In this document: positions 20,509-29,087 of the stretch, one piece after another
Position numbering within the stretch: the stretch's first letter is position 1
How the letters are laid out: each line of letters begins with the position of its first letter
Origin: a virus
Lineage: Duplodnaviria; Caudoviricetes
Virus record (IMG/VR): IMGVR_UViG_3300036770_001877
Span: 252-64,251 of that record
DNA length: 64,000 bases
Reading direction: 5' to 3' (one strand)
The notes under the pieces: model-generated
What the model saw: the letters and a program-made list of their open reading frames with translations, nothing else
Told to the model about the DNA's origin: nothing
The model's database searches: none
Translations under genes and position numbers: made by a program

Positions 20509-20653
20509 CGAAAAGGATTACGAAAGCTTACTAGACCAGTATGAGATATTAACTAGAGCCTTTCCAGGCTGGACGTTAGAAGACATACGAAGTCTTTCGG
20601 TAAGAGAACGAATGAACTGGATTTTAAGAGCTCAAAGAAAGAGAACTAAATAG
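20498..20653 (+). CDS. Frameshift-accessed C-terminal extension of the tail chaperone (gpGT/GpE-like)
   Basis: +1 frame reads FVYDEKDYESLLDQYEILTRAFPGWTLEDIRSLSVRERMNWILRAQRKRTK; no start codon ahead of the conserved W..DI..L...ER..W motif. Confidence 0.75.
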   Translation, partial: FVYDEKDYESLLDQYEILTRAFPGWTLEDIRSLSVRERMNWILRAQRKRTK

Positions 20654-20666
20654 GAGGTGATGTCAG

Positions 20667-22928
20667 ATGTCAGTGCTTAGAGGCATGAATATTGGTGGCG
20701 GTAGAAACCAGACAAAAAAAGTAGAGTTGGTTTCTGAGTTAATTGCTGAATACCAAAAGCTAAACCAAGTACTTGAGAAGACCAAAACTCTCTCAGCCGA
20801 CATCGCCAACAATTTAGAAAAGAGCAAAACTGCTGTATCCATGGCTGGTGGCCGTGGCGGCGGTGGCATAATCCCTGGTAAAGAAGGCCAGTTCGTAGAC
20901 GAACCAGGTTATTCATCTTCAGCACAAGCAGCTGCTGAGGAATCTGCAAGTGGAATGAAATTTGGCAGGTTCTTAGGAACTACTGCCGTAGCTGCTGTTG
21001 GTTCAGCAATTGCTGGTATGCCAACTAATGCTCAAGTAATGGAAAACCGCTTTATAGAACAGCGCATGGCTTTTATGAGTGGCCGTGGAGTAGGAGCTGT
21101 TCGTGGTCAGCTAGCTGCTGCCGCAATGGGTGGAATTGTTACTAATGAACTAGATGCCGCTAGAGCTGCTGCAGCTGGTATGAGCTTTGGACTCATGCCT
21201 GGTGCAAATGCAAATGTAATGGGCAATGCCGCCACATTTTCTTATCTATCGCCAGGCGCAGGTTTAGAAGGTGGAATGAGAGCTACTGCAGCTCTTAACC
21301 AAGCTGGTAGCGTAAACAGACTTCGTATGCTTGGTATAAACGTCAGAGGCAACGACGGCTTCATGCGTGACGTAAAAGACATTGCCAATGAAGTTTACGA
21401 CAGAATTTTAAAGCCTGCCGCAGGCAACCGCCCAATAACTAGAAAAGCGATTGCCCTATCGCTTCAGTCCGGTGGCGCGTTAGATATGTTCCTGAATCAA
21501 TATTTCGGCGGAGACCCAGTACTTAGACAAGGTGTAGTAAACGCTATCTTGCAAAGAGCTGGTGGCGGAGAGATATCTAAGGAAGCAGTAGTTGAGTCTG
21601 GTTTAGTGCCTGATATCGCTCAATCAGAGTCTGAAAGAATGGGCCAAGCTTTCAAAGGTATTCAAGCTTCTACAGACCCAATGATTAAGGGAATAATTGA
21701 AGCAAATGAAAAACTAACAGCTTTGGGCAGAGCATTTGAAGAGTTTGCTAAAACTGGAATAGGTCAAGCAACGTTAGCCCTTAAAGGTTTTGCTGCTCAA
21801 TTAGCCACAGGTGGCAATGGCGCAATGGGTGGTTTTATGGGCGTATTTTTAGGAAGTTTAATGGCTAATGTTATTCGCCCGCTATTTACAAAAATTGGCG
21901 CGATGATGGGGATTGGTGGCGCTGCTGGAGCTGCAGGAGCGGCTGGAGCTGCTGGCGCTAAAGGAAAAATGGGTTTTGGGAAGTTAGGACTCGCTTCTAT
22001 TGCAGCTTGGTTAGCTACCATGGGCTTAGACAAAATGTTTGGCGACGATGTTTCAGAGGGTACTAGAGAAAAAGGCTTAGCTGCTGCAAGCATTGGAACT
22101 TATGCGCTAACTGGCGCAGCGCTTGGTAGTTTTCTTCCAGGTCCTGGCACTGCGATAGGTGCTGTTCTTGGAACAACGTACGGAGCATTTAAACATGGAG
22201 GAACTCTTTTAGGCCTTGGAGGAGACGCATCTGACGACCCAGGCTCAATGATGGGCGCGGTAAAACCTTTTAGTGGAAACTACAGAATCACATCTAACTA
22301 TGGTGAAGTCAGACACTTAACCTTTCCTTCTGGAATAAAAAGCCCTTCATATGGCAAGCCTCACGGTGGAATTGACTTTGGTACACCTATGGGGACTCCG
22401 ATATACGCCGCACAAGACGGAATCGTAGAGTCCACCCCTTACGACTCGGATGGTTTTGGAAACTACATAAAAATAAAACACAGCAATGGACTAGAGTCTT
22501 TTTATGGGCACCTTGCTTCTAAAGAACGCAGTGGAGGTTCAGCTGTACGAGCTGGAGAATTAATTGGTTACAGCGGTAACAGTGGACAAACTACCGGTCC
22601 ACACTTGCATTTTGAAGTTAGACGCAACGGCGAAAAAATACATCCTAATGCCCTTTTAGAAGGAGCTGGTGAAGTTTCTGGCTCAAATGCTGGAGTGTAC
22701 GCCAACTCTCAAATGGCTTCTAGTATTCAGTCTCTTCTTCCAAGAATGAGCACTGGCTTTCTTCCAGGAATTGGTGGAGGAGACGGCGGCTCTTCTGTTT
22801 CTTATGGCGGCGTATCAGTAACTATAAATATTCCTAAAGGCACCGCAATGGACGAAACAAAACTAGCAAAAGAGATTAAACGAGTTTTATCTGACGAAAA
22901 CCAGTTAAGAATGGCGGTAACTAGATAA
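20667..22928 (+). CDS. Tape measure protein with C-terminal M23 peptidase
   Basis: Ala/Gly-rich helical body with hydrophobic segments; HGGIDF, YGHL, HLHFE. Confidence 0.92.
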   Translation: MSVLRGMNIGGGRNQTKKVELVSELIAEYQKLNQVLEKTKTLSADIANNLEKSKTAVSMAGGRGGGGIIPGKEGQFVDEPGYSSSAQAAAEESASGMKFGRFLGTTAVAAVGSAIAGMPTNAQVMENRFIEQRMAFMSGRGVGAVRGQLAAAAMGGIVTNELDAARAAAAGMSFGLMPGANANVMGNAATFSYLSPGAGLEGGMRATAALNQAGSVNRLRMLGINVRGNDGFMRDVKDIANEVYDRILKPAAGNRPITRKAIALSLQSGGALDMFLNQYFGGDPVLRQGVVNAILQRAGGGEISKEAVVESGLVPDIAQSESERMGQAFKGIQASTDPMIKGIIEANEKLTALGRAFEEFAKTGIGQATLALKGFAAQLATGGNGAMGGFMGVFLGSLMANVIRPLFTKIGAMMGIGGAAGAAGAAGAAGAKGKMGFGKLGLASIAAWLATMGLDKMFGDDVSEGTREKGLAAASIGTYALTGAALGSFLPGPGTAIGAVLGTTYGAFKHGGTLLGLGGDASDDPGSMMGAVKPFSGNYRITSNYGEVRHLTFPSGIKSPSYGKPHGGIDFGTPMGTPIYAAQDGIVESTPYDSDGFGNYIKIKHSNGLESFYGHLASKERSGGSAVRAGELIGYSGNSGQTTGPHLHFEVRRNGEKIHPNALLEGAGEVSGSNAGVYANSQMASSIQSLLPRMSTGFLPGIGGGDGGSSVSYGGVSVTINIPKGTAMDETKLAKEIKRVLSDENQLRMAVTR

Positions 22929-24253
22929 TGGGAAATCTAAATGGTTCACCTAAAAACAACGCTCAAAATACTCCCAGACCAACTCCAAGTCCAAGTCCTG
23001 GAGTAGGACTAGTAACTCCAGTTGGGGCCACTGTTACATCAGTTACTACTAAAACCTCTTTTACATCAAAAATAAAAAACTGGTGGAAATCACAAGGACA
23101 GCTATCTACTTCAAGCATCCCTGTTTGGCAAGCCTACGCAGGTACGACTGTCGCTCCTGGCTCAGGACTATCCCGTGGAGCAAGTTTTGTTGCTTTTGCA
23201 GATAAACAAGCGAGTAAAGCGAACAGCACCAGAAATGAACCAAAGACAGCTGCACAACATCTACAAGATTTAAAAAAGATAGAAAAAGATATAGAAGCGG
23301 CTAATAGAAAAGACCCAAAACAAAAAAAGTTGCCTCCACCAAATCCAAGCGAATACGACTGGAATCTACCACCACATAGATGGAGCCTTCCTCTTAGCTC
23401 CCAAACCGTTAATAATATTGAAAATCAAGAGCCTTTTGGTGTACGAGGAGAACCTCATGATGCCTATAGGCGCGGTCGTATCTGGTGGAAAGCTAATTAT
23501 GGTCTTGACATAAACTACGGAAAAGATAAAAAATCTGTAAAGCTAGGTCAAGGAGACAACGATAGGAAAATTGGTTTCCAATTTCTTTGGAATCCAGAAA
23601 CCTTTGGAACCCAAGTCGCTGTGCAAATGGAAGCTGTCCCTCAACCAGCGGATATATTCCTAGGGGTTAGCGGCGCTTTCCCAGCTACTGAGGTAATCTC
23701 ATTTAATATCAGAATAGATAGAACTAACGACTTTGCGTGCGCTGCAGCCCGTGTTCCAAGACCTCGTCTTCAAGACAACACATTTAACCTAATACAGTAC
23801 GAGCGCGGTTTTGCTGCTGGTGATTCTACTAGCGCTGCACGCTACATACTAACGGACTCAATAGGAAAAGAACGCGTTACAGACTTAAAAGAGTTTTATT
23901 CTGTTAGCGGAGGTTTTTTCTATTACGGAGACCGTCTAGAACAAAAAATTGCCGACTTGTTGAACTACGGAACAATAGCCGACATAGAGTACTTGTACAG
24001 CGCTATAAACGGTAAGGGTCCTGGTAACGGAAAACCATGGATAAATGGTAGAGGCAGAAAAACTGCAGACATAGGTTTCCTAATGCCAACCCTACTGCAT
24101 GTTGATATTGGACCTCTTTCTTATGAAGGTTACGTGACTAACCTAAACGTAAACCACATAGCTTTCACTCCAGATATGGTGCCTATCCGTACTGATGTGA
24201 GCTTCTCTATGAACCTATTGGCAACTGTCACTCTTAGTAATAGCGAGGAGTAA
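22928..24253 (+). CDS. Baseplate / tube-initiator protein
   Basis: 'FQFLWNP', 'GYVTNLNV...F..DMVPIR..V' typical of tube-initiator folds; position. Confidence 0.65.
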   Translation: MGNLNGSPKNNAQNTPRPTPSPSPGVGLVTPVGATVTSVTTKTSFTSKIKNWWKSQGQLSTSSIPVWQAYAGTTVAPGSGLSRGASFVAFADKQASKANSTRNEPKTAAQHLQDLKKIEKDIEAANRKDPKQKKLPPPNPSEYDWNLPPHRWSLPLSSQTVNNIENQEPFGVRGEPHDAYRRGRIWWKANYGLDINYGKDKKSVKLGQGDNDRKIGFQFLWNPETFGTQVAVQMEAVPQPADIFLGVSGAFPATEVISFNIRIDRTNDFACAAARVPRPRLQDNTFNLIQYERGFAAGDSTSAARYILTDSIGKERVTDLKEFYSVSGGFFYYGDRLEQKIADLLNYGTIADIEYLYSAINGKGPGNGKPWINGRGRKTADIGFLMPTLLHVDIGPLSYEGYVTNLNVNHIAFTPDMVPIRTDVSFSMNLLATVTLSNSEE

Positions 24254-24254
24254 T

Positions 24255-24536
24255 ATGTCTATAAAACTAGGCTCCAGGTACGAACTTTCAGTAGTTGACT
24301 ACCTGTCATTAGACATTCTTGGAGACTCATACCCAGTCGTCTTTTATGAGTTTGAAGACTTGGGTACTTTAACATACCAAGAGTACCCTTGGAAAGAAGG
24401 CGACAGATTAGACAACATAGCTGTTAAGTTTTATAGAAATCCTCGTCTATGGTGGGTTATAGCTGAAGCAAACCCTGAAATAGAAGACATTCAGTACATC
24501 CCCGCTGGAACTGTTTTGAGGATTCCAAGTGTATAA
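24255..24536 (+). CDS. LysM / tail-X domain baseplate protein
   Basis: 'GDRLDNIA.KFY....WWVIAEANP.....IPAGTVLRIP'. Confidence 0.9.
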   Translation: MSIKLGSRYELSVVDYLSLDILGDSYPVVFYEFEDLGTLTYQEYPWKEGDRLDNIAVKFYRNPRLWWVIAEANPEIEDIQYIPAGTVLRIPSV

Positions 24537-25848
24537 AGCAACAGTTTCTTTACCTACAAGTTTTAGCCAACCAGACCGAATACATAGAGCCTGGATTCGC
24601 CAAGCTCCTTATGAGCACGAGTTTGCTGAAATTAAATTCCGTGAATGGGGCATTGATTTATCTCGGGTTAAACCTGGAACCCCTATAGAGCTAACCATAG
24701 ACACAAAGAAGTTTGTAGGCTATATACACGACGTGAAATCAGATATGTCAGCTACCACTAACTTCACTACAGTGTCGGCAATAGGCGCCTCCTATGTAAT
24801 GAAGCAGCCAAACCAAACAATATATAAAAACATAACTGCCAGTGAAGTAGTCAAAAAAATAGCAATCAAGTATGGCTTCTCATATAACATCGAGCCCCAT
24901 CCCCGAGTTTATCCACAGATATCTCAAGCTGGTCTTACTGATTGGCAGCTCATGGTCCGTTTAGCAAAACAAAACGGATACTTTTTAATAGTAGACGGCA
25001 CTACCCTGCACTTTAAACCGCTTTTAAAAGACTTTAACGACAACATACAAGAGGCTAAATACTTTGCAAGAGGTGAGGTTGGTTTTAAAAACAAAGACCT
25101 GCTTTACACCTTCTATCCTGTAATTGGTGAAACTTTGTCACACGCTGGGGCTGATAAATCAGCAGTAGCTGTTTCTGGAATAGACCCCATAACAGGAGAA
25201 ATACTAAAAGTAGTAAAGCAAGTACGAAGCACACCAACAAGAAAAAACTCTCAGACAGAACTTTTTGATAGGTACGCTACTTCTGTCGTAGCAAGTGATT
25301 TTGCTACAGCAAAATACGAAGCAGACGCCGCAGACGAGAACAGTAAGTTTCCTTATAGAGCTGAGATGGAAACAATTTGCAAAGGCAGCCTAAGACCAGG
25401 TATGCCTGTATATGTAGATAACGTAGGAGCTGAGCATTCCGGGTATTGGACAGTCTTAGAGTCTATTCATAAAATGGAAGAAACTTCTCTAAATGTTATG
25501 AACTTTACTTCTGAGTTTAAATTGGGAACAGACTCACTAGGCAGAGTAAACTCAGGAAGCGTTGAAACAAAACCTATAAATAATGGAAACAGAGTTTTAA
25601 TCCCTAATGTAAGACAAACGCGAATTGTGCCTAAAAGCAATTTAAAAAGTCCATCTGTTAGGGTAAAGCCAACCGGAGATGTTAGGTTAGTGACCTCTAA
25701 AAATAGAACAGCCCCTAACAAAAAGTTTTATGAGATAGCACAGAACACTTGGAGCTCAGACCAGGGAAACCTTAAAACTAAAACCCCAGAAAAACGACGC
25801 TCAGCTCTAGCAGCTGCAAAGGTAAGAACCCATGCTTCCAGATTCTGA
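24529..25848 (+). CDS. Baseplate hub protein (GpD / gp27-like)
   Basis: 'Q...TDWQLM.RLA...GY...VDG.TLHF', 'LRPG..V.V..VG...SG.W.V....H'. Confidence 0.85.
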   Translation: MYKATVSLPTSFSQPDRIHRAWIRQAPYEHEFAEIKFREWGIDLSRVKPGTPIELTIDTKKFVGYIHDVKSDMSATTNFTTVSAIGASYVMKQPNQTIYKNITASEVVKKIAIKYGFSYNIEPHPRVYPQISQAGLTDWQLMVRLAKQNGYFLIVDGTTLHFKPLLKDFNDNIQEAKYFARGEVGFKNKDLLYTFYPVIGETLSHAGADKSAVAVSGIDPITGEILKVVKQVRSTPTRKNSQTELFDRYATSVVASDFATAKYEADAADENSKFPYRAEMETICKGSLRPGMPVYVDNVGAEHSGYWTVLESIHKMEETSLNVMNFTSEFKLGTDSLGRVNSGSVETKPINNGNRVLIPNVRQTRIVPKSNLKSPSVRVKPTGDVRLVTSKNRTAPNKKFYEIAQNTWSSDQGNLKTKTPEKRRSALAAAKVRTHASRF

Positions 25849-26518
25849 ACATCGTTATTACGGCATGTACAGGGCTACAGTTGTTGATAACAACGACCCT
25901 GAAGAGTACGGCCGAGTAAAGCTAATAGTTCCTCAAGTTACAGGTCTTGAGCCAACAGAGTGGGCATGGCCTGTAGGCGGAGCTATATCTCAAATTAAAT
26001 GGCCATACGGAAGCTTTTATACAACCGCAGACCAAGCAATAGGAGTTAGTACACCTACTTTGGTAACTGGGTGGACAGAGTCTGACACTAACAAAATGTC
26101 GTTAAGCGGAAACCGCATATATGTAGATGAATCCGGAGATTATTTTGTTCAGTTCTCCTGTATGTTTACCAAAACTAGCGCTAACTCAGGAACAGCCGAT
26201 ATGTGGTTTAGGGTAAATGGAGTGGATGTCCCATACAGTAACACCCGAATTACCCTTGCTGGAAGCAACGCTGAAATAACAATGACTGTTAGCCTTATTT
26301 TAGACTTAGAAGCTGGAGACTATGTAGAATTTGTTTCATCAGCTAGTGCAACAAACACATTTTTAAGCGCTTCTTCAGCAGGTGTTGGGCCAGGGGTACC
26401 TGGAATAATCGCTACTTTAAACTTAATAGGTAAATGGAAACCACAAGAGAACACTGGCGTATGGGCCATGTTTGAGGGTGGAGACCCTAACTTTCCGCTT
26501 TGGATAGGAGCATTCTGA
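25832..26518 (+). CDS. Baseplate spike (GpV / gp5 OB-fold) with an inserted C1q-like domain
   Basis: 'YRATVVDNNDP..GRVK..VP' ... 'P....VW.MFEGGDPNFP.WIG'; the ~140-aa insert looks like a C1q/TNF jelly roll. Confidence 0.85.
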   Translation: MLPDSEHRYYGMYRATVVDNNDPEEYGRVKLIVPQVTGLEPTEWAWPVGGAISQIKWPYGSFYTTADQAIGVSTPTLVTGWTESDTNKMSLSGNRIYVDESGDYFVQFSCMFTKTSANSGTADMWFRVNGVDVPYSNTRITLAGSNAEITMTVSLILDLEAGDYVEFVSSASATNTFLSASSAGVGPGVPGIIATLNLIGKWKPQENTGVWAMFEGGDPNFPLWIGAF

Positions 26519-26928
26519 TGACTACTTCAGCAATATCACTGCCTTTTTCTTTTAATAATTTCGGTCAGCTCTCCTCTAGTAGTGACCCTAAAAAGATATG
26601 GCAAGACCGCGTGTTGTTAGTCCTCATGACAAGATTTGGTGAACGAGTTATGAGACCAGACTTTGGCTCTAATGTTTCCGCGACTCTTTTTGAGCCAGAT
26701 TCGGTTGCCATAGAAACCATACGCCGGACCATCTCTGAAGCTTTTTCTGAATGGTTAGGAGACCTAGAGTTAACAGCTATAAATCCAGTGTTCAACCCCG
26801 ACACTGGAGCGCTAAATGTAAGCGTGACCTACCGACTTCCTACAGGGGAGGAGGACACAGTGCCCTTAAAAACCGCTATCCTTAGTAGGTCAGGAGACAT
26901 AATCCAGGAGATACCTAACAATGGCTGA
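26518..26928 (+). CDS. Baseplate wedge protein (gp25 / GpW-like)
   Basis: 'LMTRFGERVMRPDFGS', 'LFEP'. Confidence 0.92.
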   Translation: MTTSAISLPFSFNNFGQLSSSSDPKKIWQDRVLLVLMTRFGERVMRPDFGSNVSATLFEPDSVAIETIRRTISEAFSEWLGDLELTAINPVFNPDTGALNVSVTYRLPTGEEDTVPLKTAILSRSGDIIQEIPNNG

Positions 26929-28615
26929 TGCTAGCAACTTTATCCCACAGGTGGACTACACCTCCAGGGATTATGAATCTATCCGAGAAGACCTCATTAA
27001 TCTCATTCCTAACTATGCCCCTAACTGGACGAATAGAGACCCGTCTGACTTTGGTATAACACTTATTGAGTTGTTCTCTTATATGGGGGACTTGCTCAAC
27101 TTTTATATAGACCGTGCAGCCAATGAAGGGTTCTTAGCTACAGCTAGTCAACGAGATAGCATTCTAAGAATTGCTTCTATGCTTAATTACACCCCAACTG
27201 AAAGCTCTCCTGCTAGAGCAACTTTGACGTTTACTAACACAAATGCGGTAACAAAAACCATACCCGCTTTAACTCAGATTGCAACAACAGCTATCGTTGA
27301 TGGAGTAAGCACACAAATAATTTTTGAAACAGATGAGGAAATAGTAGTCCCAGCAAAAGTTGGAGCTGTTAACGGAGTTGCTGAAGTAGACGCAACGCAA
27401 GGGTATACAGTTACTAATGAGCTTTTAGGAACCTCAACCGGCAATCCAAATCAAGTATTTAAACTCGCACAGTCTCCTGTTATAGGTGACAGCGTGTCTT
27501 TGTCTGTAAACGGGATTACTTACAACTTCATACCGTTTCTTATTGACGCTACATTGTTTGACCCTGTCTTTACAACCTTCTCTGATTCTGAAGGAAGTAC
27601 GTACGTACAATTTGGTGACGGTGTTGGGGGAAGAATACCTCCCACTAGCTCTACCATAACAGCTACTTATAGAGTTGGAGCTGGCTCAGCTGGTAACGTT
27701 CCGGTTAATAAATTAACTTTCTTTTTAACAAACGTAACCGCTGGAGTAACGGTAACAAACCAATCTGCAGCAATTGGAGGGGCAGACGAAGAAGCTACAG
27801 ACTCAGTTCGCACCAATGCTCCATTAGCGTTACGAGCTTTAAATAGGTCTGTGTCCTTATCTGATTACGCCTCTACAGCGCTTCAAGTTCCAGGAGTAGC
27901 AAAAGCTAATGCTGAAGCTGAAGTTTATTCAAGCGTGCTTCTTTACATAGCTCCTTTTGGAGACCCAGGCGTTATAGGCGGCTCAACTACTCCAACATTT
28001 GATGATTTAGCAACAAGAGTAGAGCAGTACTTTATAGAAAAAGCTCCGCCAAATACAACGCTAACTGTTCTCCCACCTTCTTACGTAGAAGTTAACTTAG
28101 AAATGACCATATATGTACTCCCACAATACAAACAAACAATAGTTCAGAATCAAGTCCTCTCAGCAGTTAGAGAGCTGTTTGATTTTGACAATACATTCTT
28201 TTCAGAGACCATACCTATTCAGTATATTTTGTCAGCTGCAGGTCAAGTAACTGGTGTTGATTACGCAACAATACAGTTATACAGAAGAGACTCTGATGAG
28301 CAGCTATTTAATATGAGCAATATTGCTAGAACGTCAAACATAGCAACCATTACCACCTCTGTAAACCATGATTTTACAGTTGGTCAAAAAGTTCGTGTTG
28401 ATAACCCATCTAATACATCACTTGATGGGGACCATGTAGTTTTATCAGTTACCTCAAACACGTTCACTTTTGCAAGCATTGGCGGAAACATTGTTTCTGG
28501 ACCAGTGAGCACCGGCACAGTTAGAGCTCTAGAAATAGAAACTCTAGTGTGCGGTGTAGATGAAATACCTCAAGAAGGCACCTTCAACATAGAAGTTGAA
28601 GGCGGGATAGCTTAG
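26921..28615 (+). CDS. Baseplate J-like wedge protein
   Basis: 'DYTSRDYESI', 'D.GITL.ELF', 'FGDG..G.IP', 'GG.D.E', 'R.V...DY'. Confidence 0.92.
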   Translation: MADASNFIPQVDYTSRDYESIREDLINLIPNYAPNWTNRDPSDFGITLIELFSYMGDLLNFYIDRAANEGFLATASQRDSILRIASMLNYTPTESSPARATLTFTNTNAVTKTIPALTQIATTAIVDGVSTQIIFETDEEIVVPAKVGAVNGVAEVDATQGYTVTNELLGTSTGNPNQVFKLAQSPVIGDSVSLSVNGITYNFIPFLIDATLFDPVFTTFSDSEGSTYVQFGDGVGGRIPPTSSTITATYRVGAGSAGNVPVNKLTFFLTNVTAGVTVTNQSAAIGGADEEATDSVRTNAPLALRALNRSVSLSDYASTALQVPGVAKANAEAEVYSSVLLYIAPFGDPGVIGGSTTPTFDDLATRVEQYFIEKAPPNTTLTVLPPSYVEVNLEMTIYVLPQYKQTIVQNQVLSAVRELFDFDNTFFSETIPIQYILSAAGQVTGVDYATIQLYRRDSDEQLFNMSNIARTSNIATITTSVNHDFTVGQKVRVDNPSNTSLDGDHVVLSVTSNTFTFASIGGNIVSGPVSTGTVRALEIETLVCGVDEIPQEGTFNIEVEGGIA

Positions 28616-28622
28616 GAGAAAC

Positions 28623-29084
28623 ATGGCAGCCGTATACCCAGGGTCAATACGTTCTTTTACTACAAAAGCAAACAACGTTGACGTAATTGACGCGTCACAT
28701 CCAAATCTTATTCAAGAAGAGGTTGTGGCCATCCAAAGCACTCTAGGCACTAATCCAGCTACCTCTTCAACAGGCTCTGGTGTTTATGTATCTACTTCCA
28801 CAGCCTTTGCTACAGTAAAAGCAAGATTAGATAACATTGAAAACGGTGTTTTAGGTGACGTCCACACTCAGTACGCAAAAAATGTAGGTGGTAGCACCAT
28901 AACCCCATCAGCTGCTGCAACAAAAGGACTAGTCATTAGAGCTGCGTCTGGTCAAACAGCTAACCTACAAGAATGGCAAGATTCTTCTGGTACTGTAGTT
29001 TCATATATTGATAGCGATGGAGTTTTAAACGCAGACAGCAGCGCACGAGATAACTTAACAGTCATAACCTGGCTTTTTGGATAA
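28623..29084 (+). CDS. Minor tail / baseplate-associated protein
   Basis: 'A.HPN.IQEEV.AIQ..LG' anchor motif; 'GQTANLQEWQ'. Confidence 0.65.
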   Translation: MAAVYPGSIRSFTTKANNVDVIDASHPNLIQEEVVAIQSTLGTNPATSSTGSGVYVSTSTAFATVKARLDNIENGVLGDVHTQYAKNVGGSTITPSAAATKGLVIRAASGQTANLQEWQDSSGTVVSYIDSDGVLNADSSARDNLTVITWLFG

Positions 29085-29087
29085 TAA

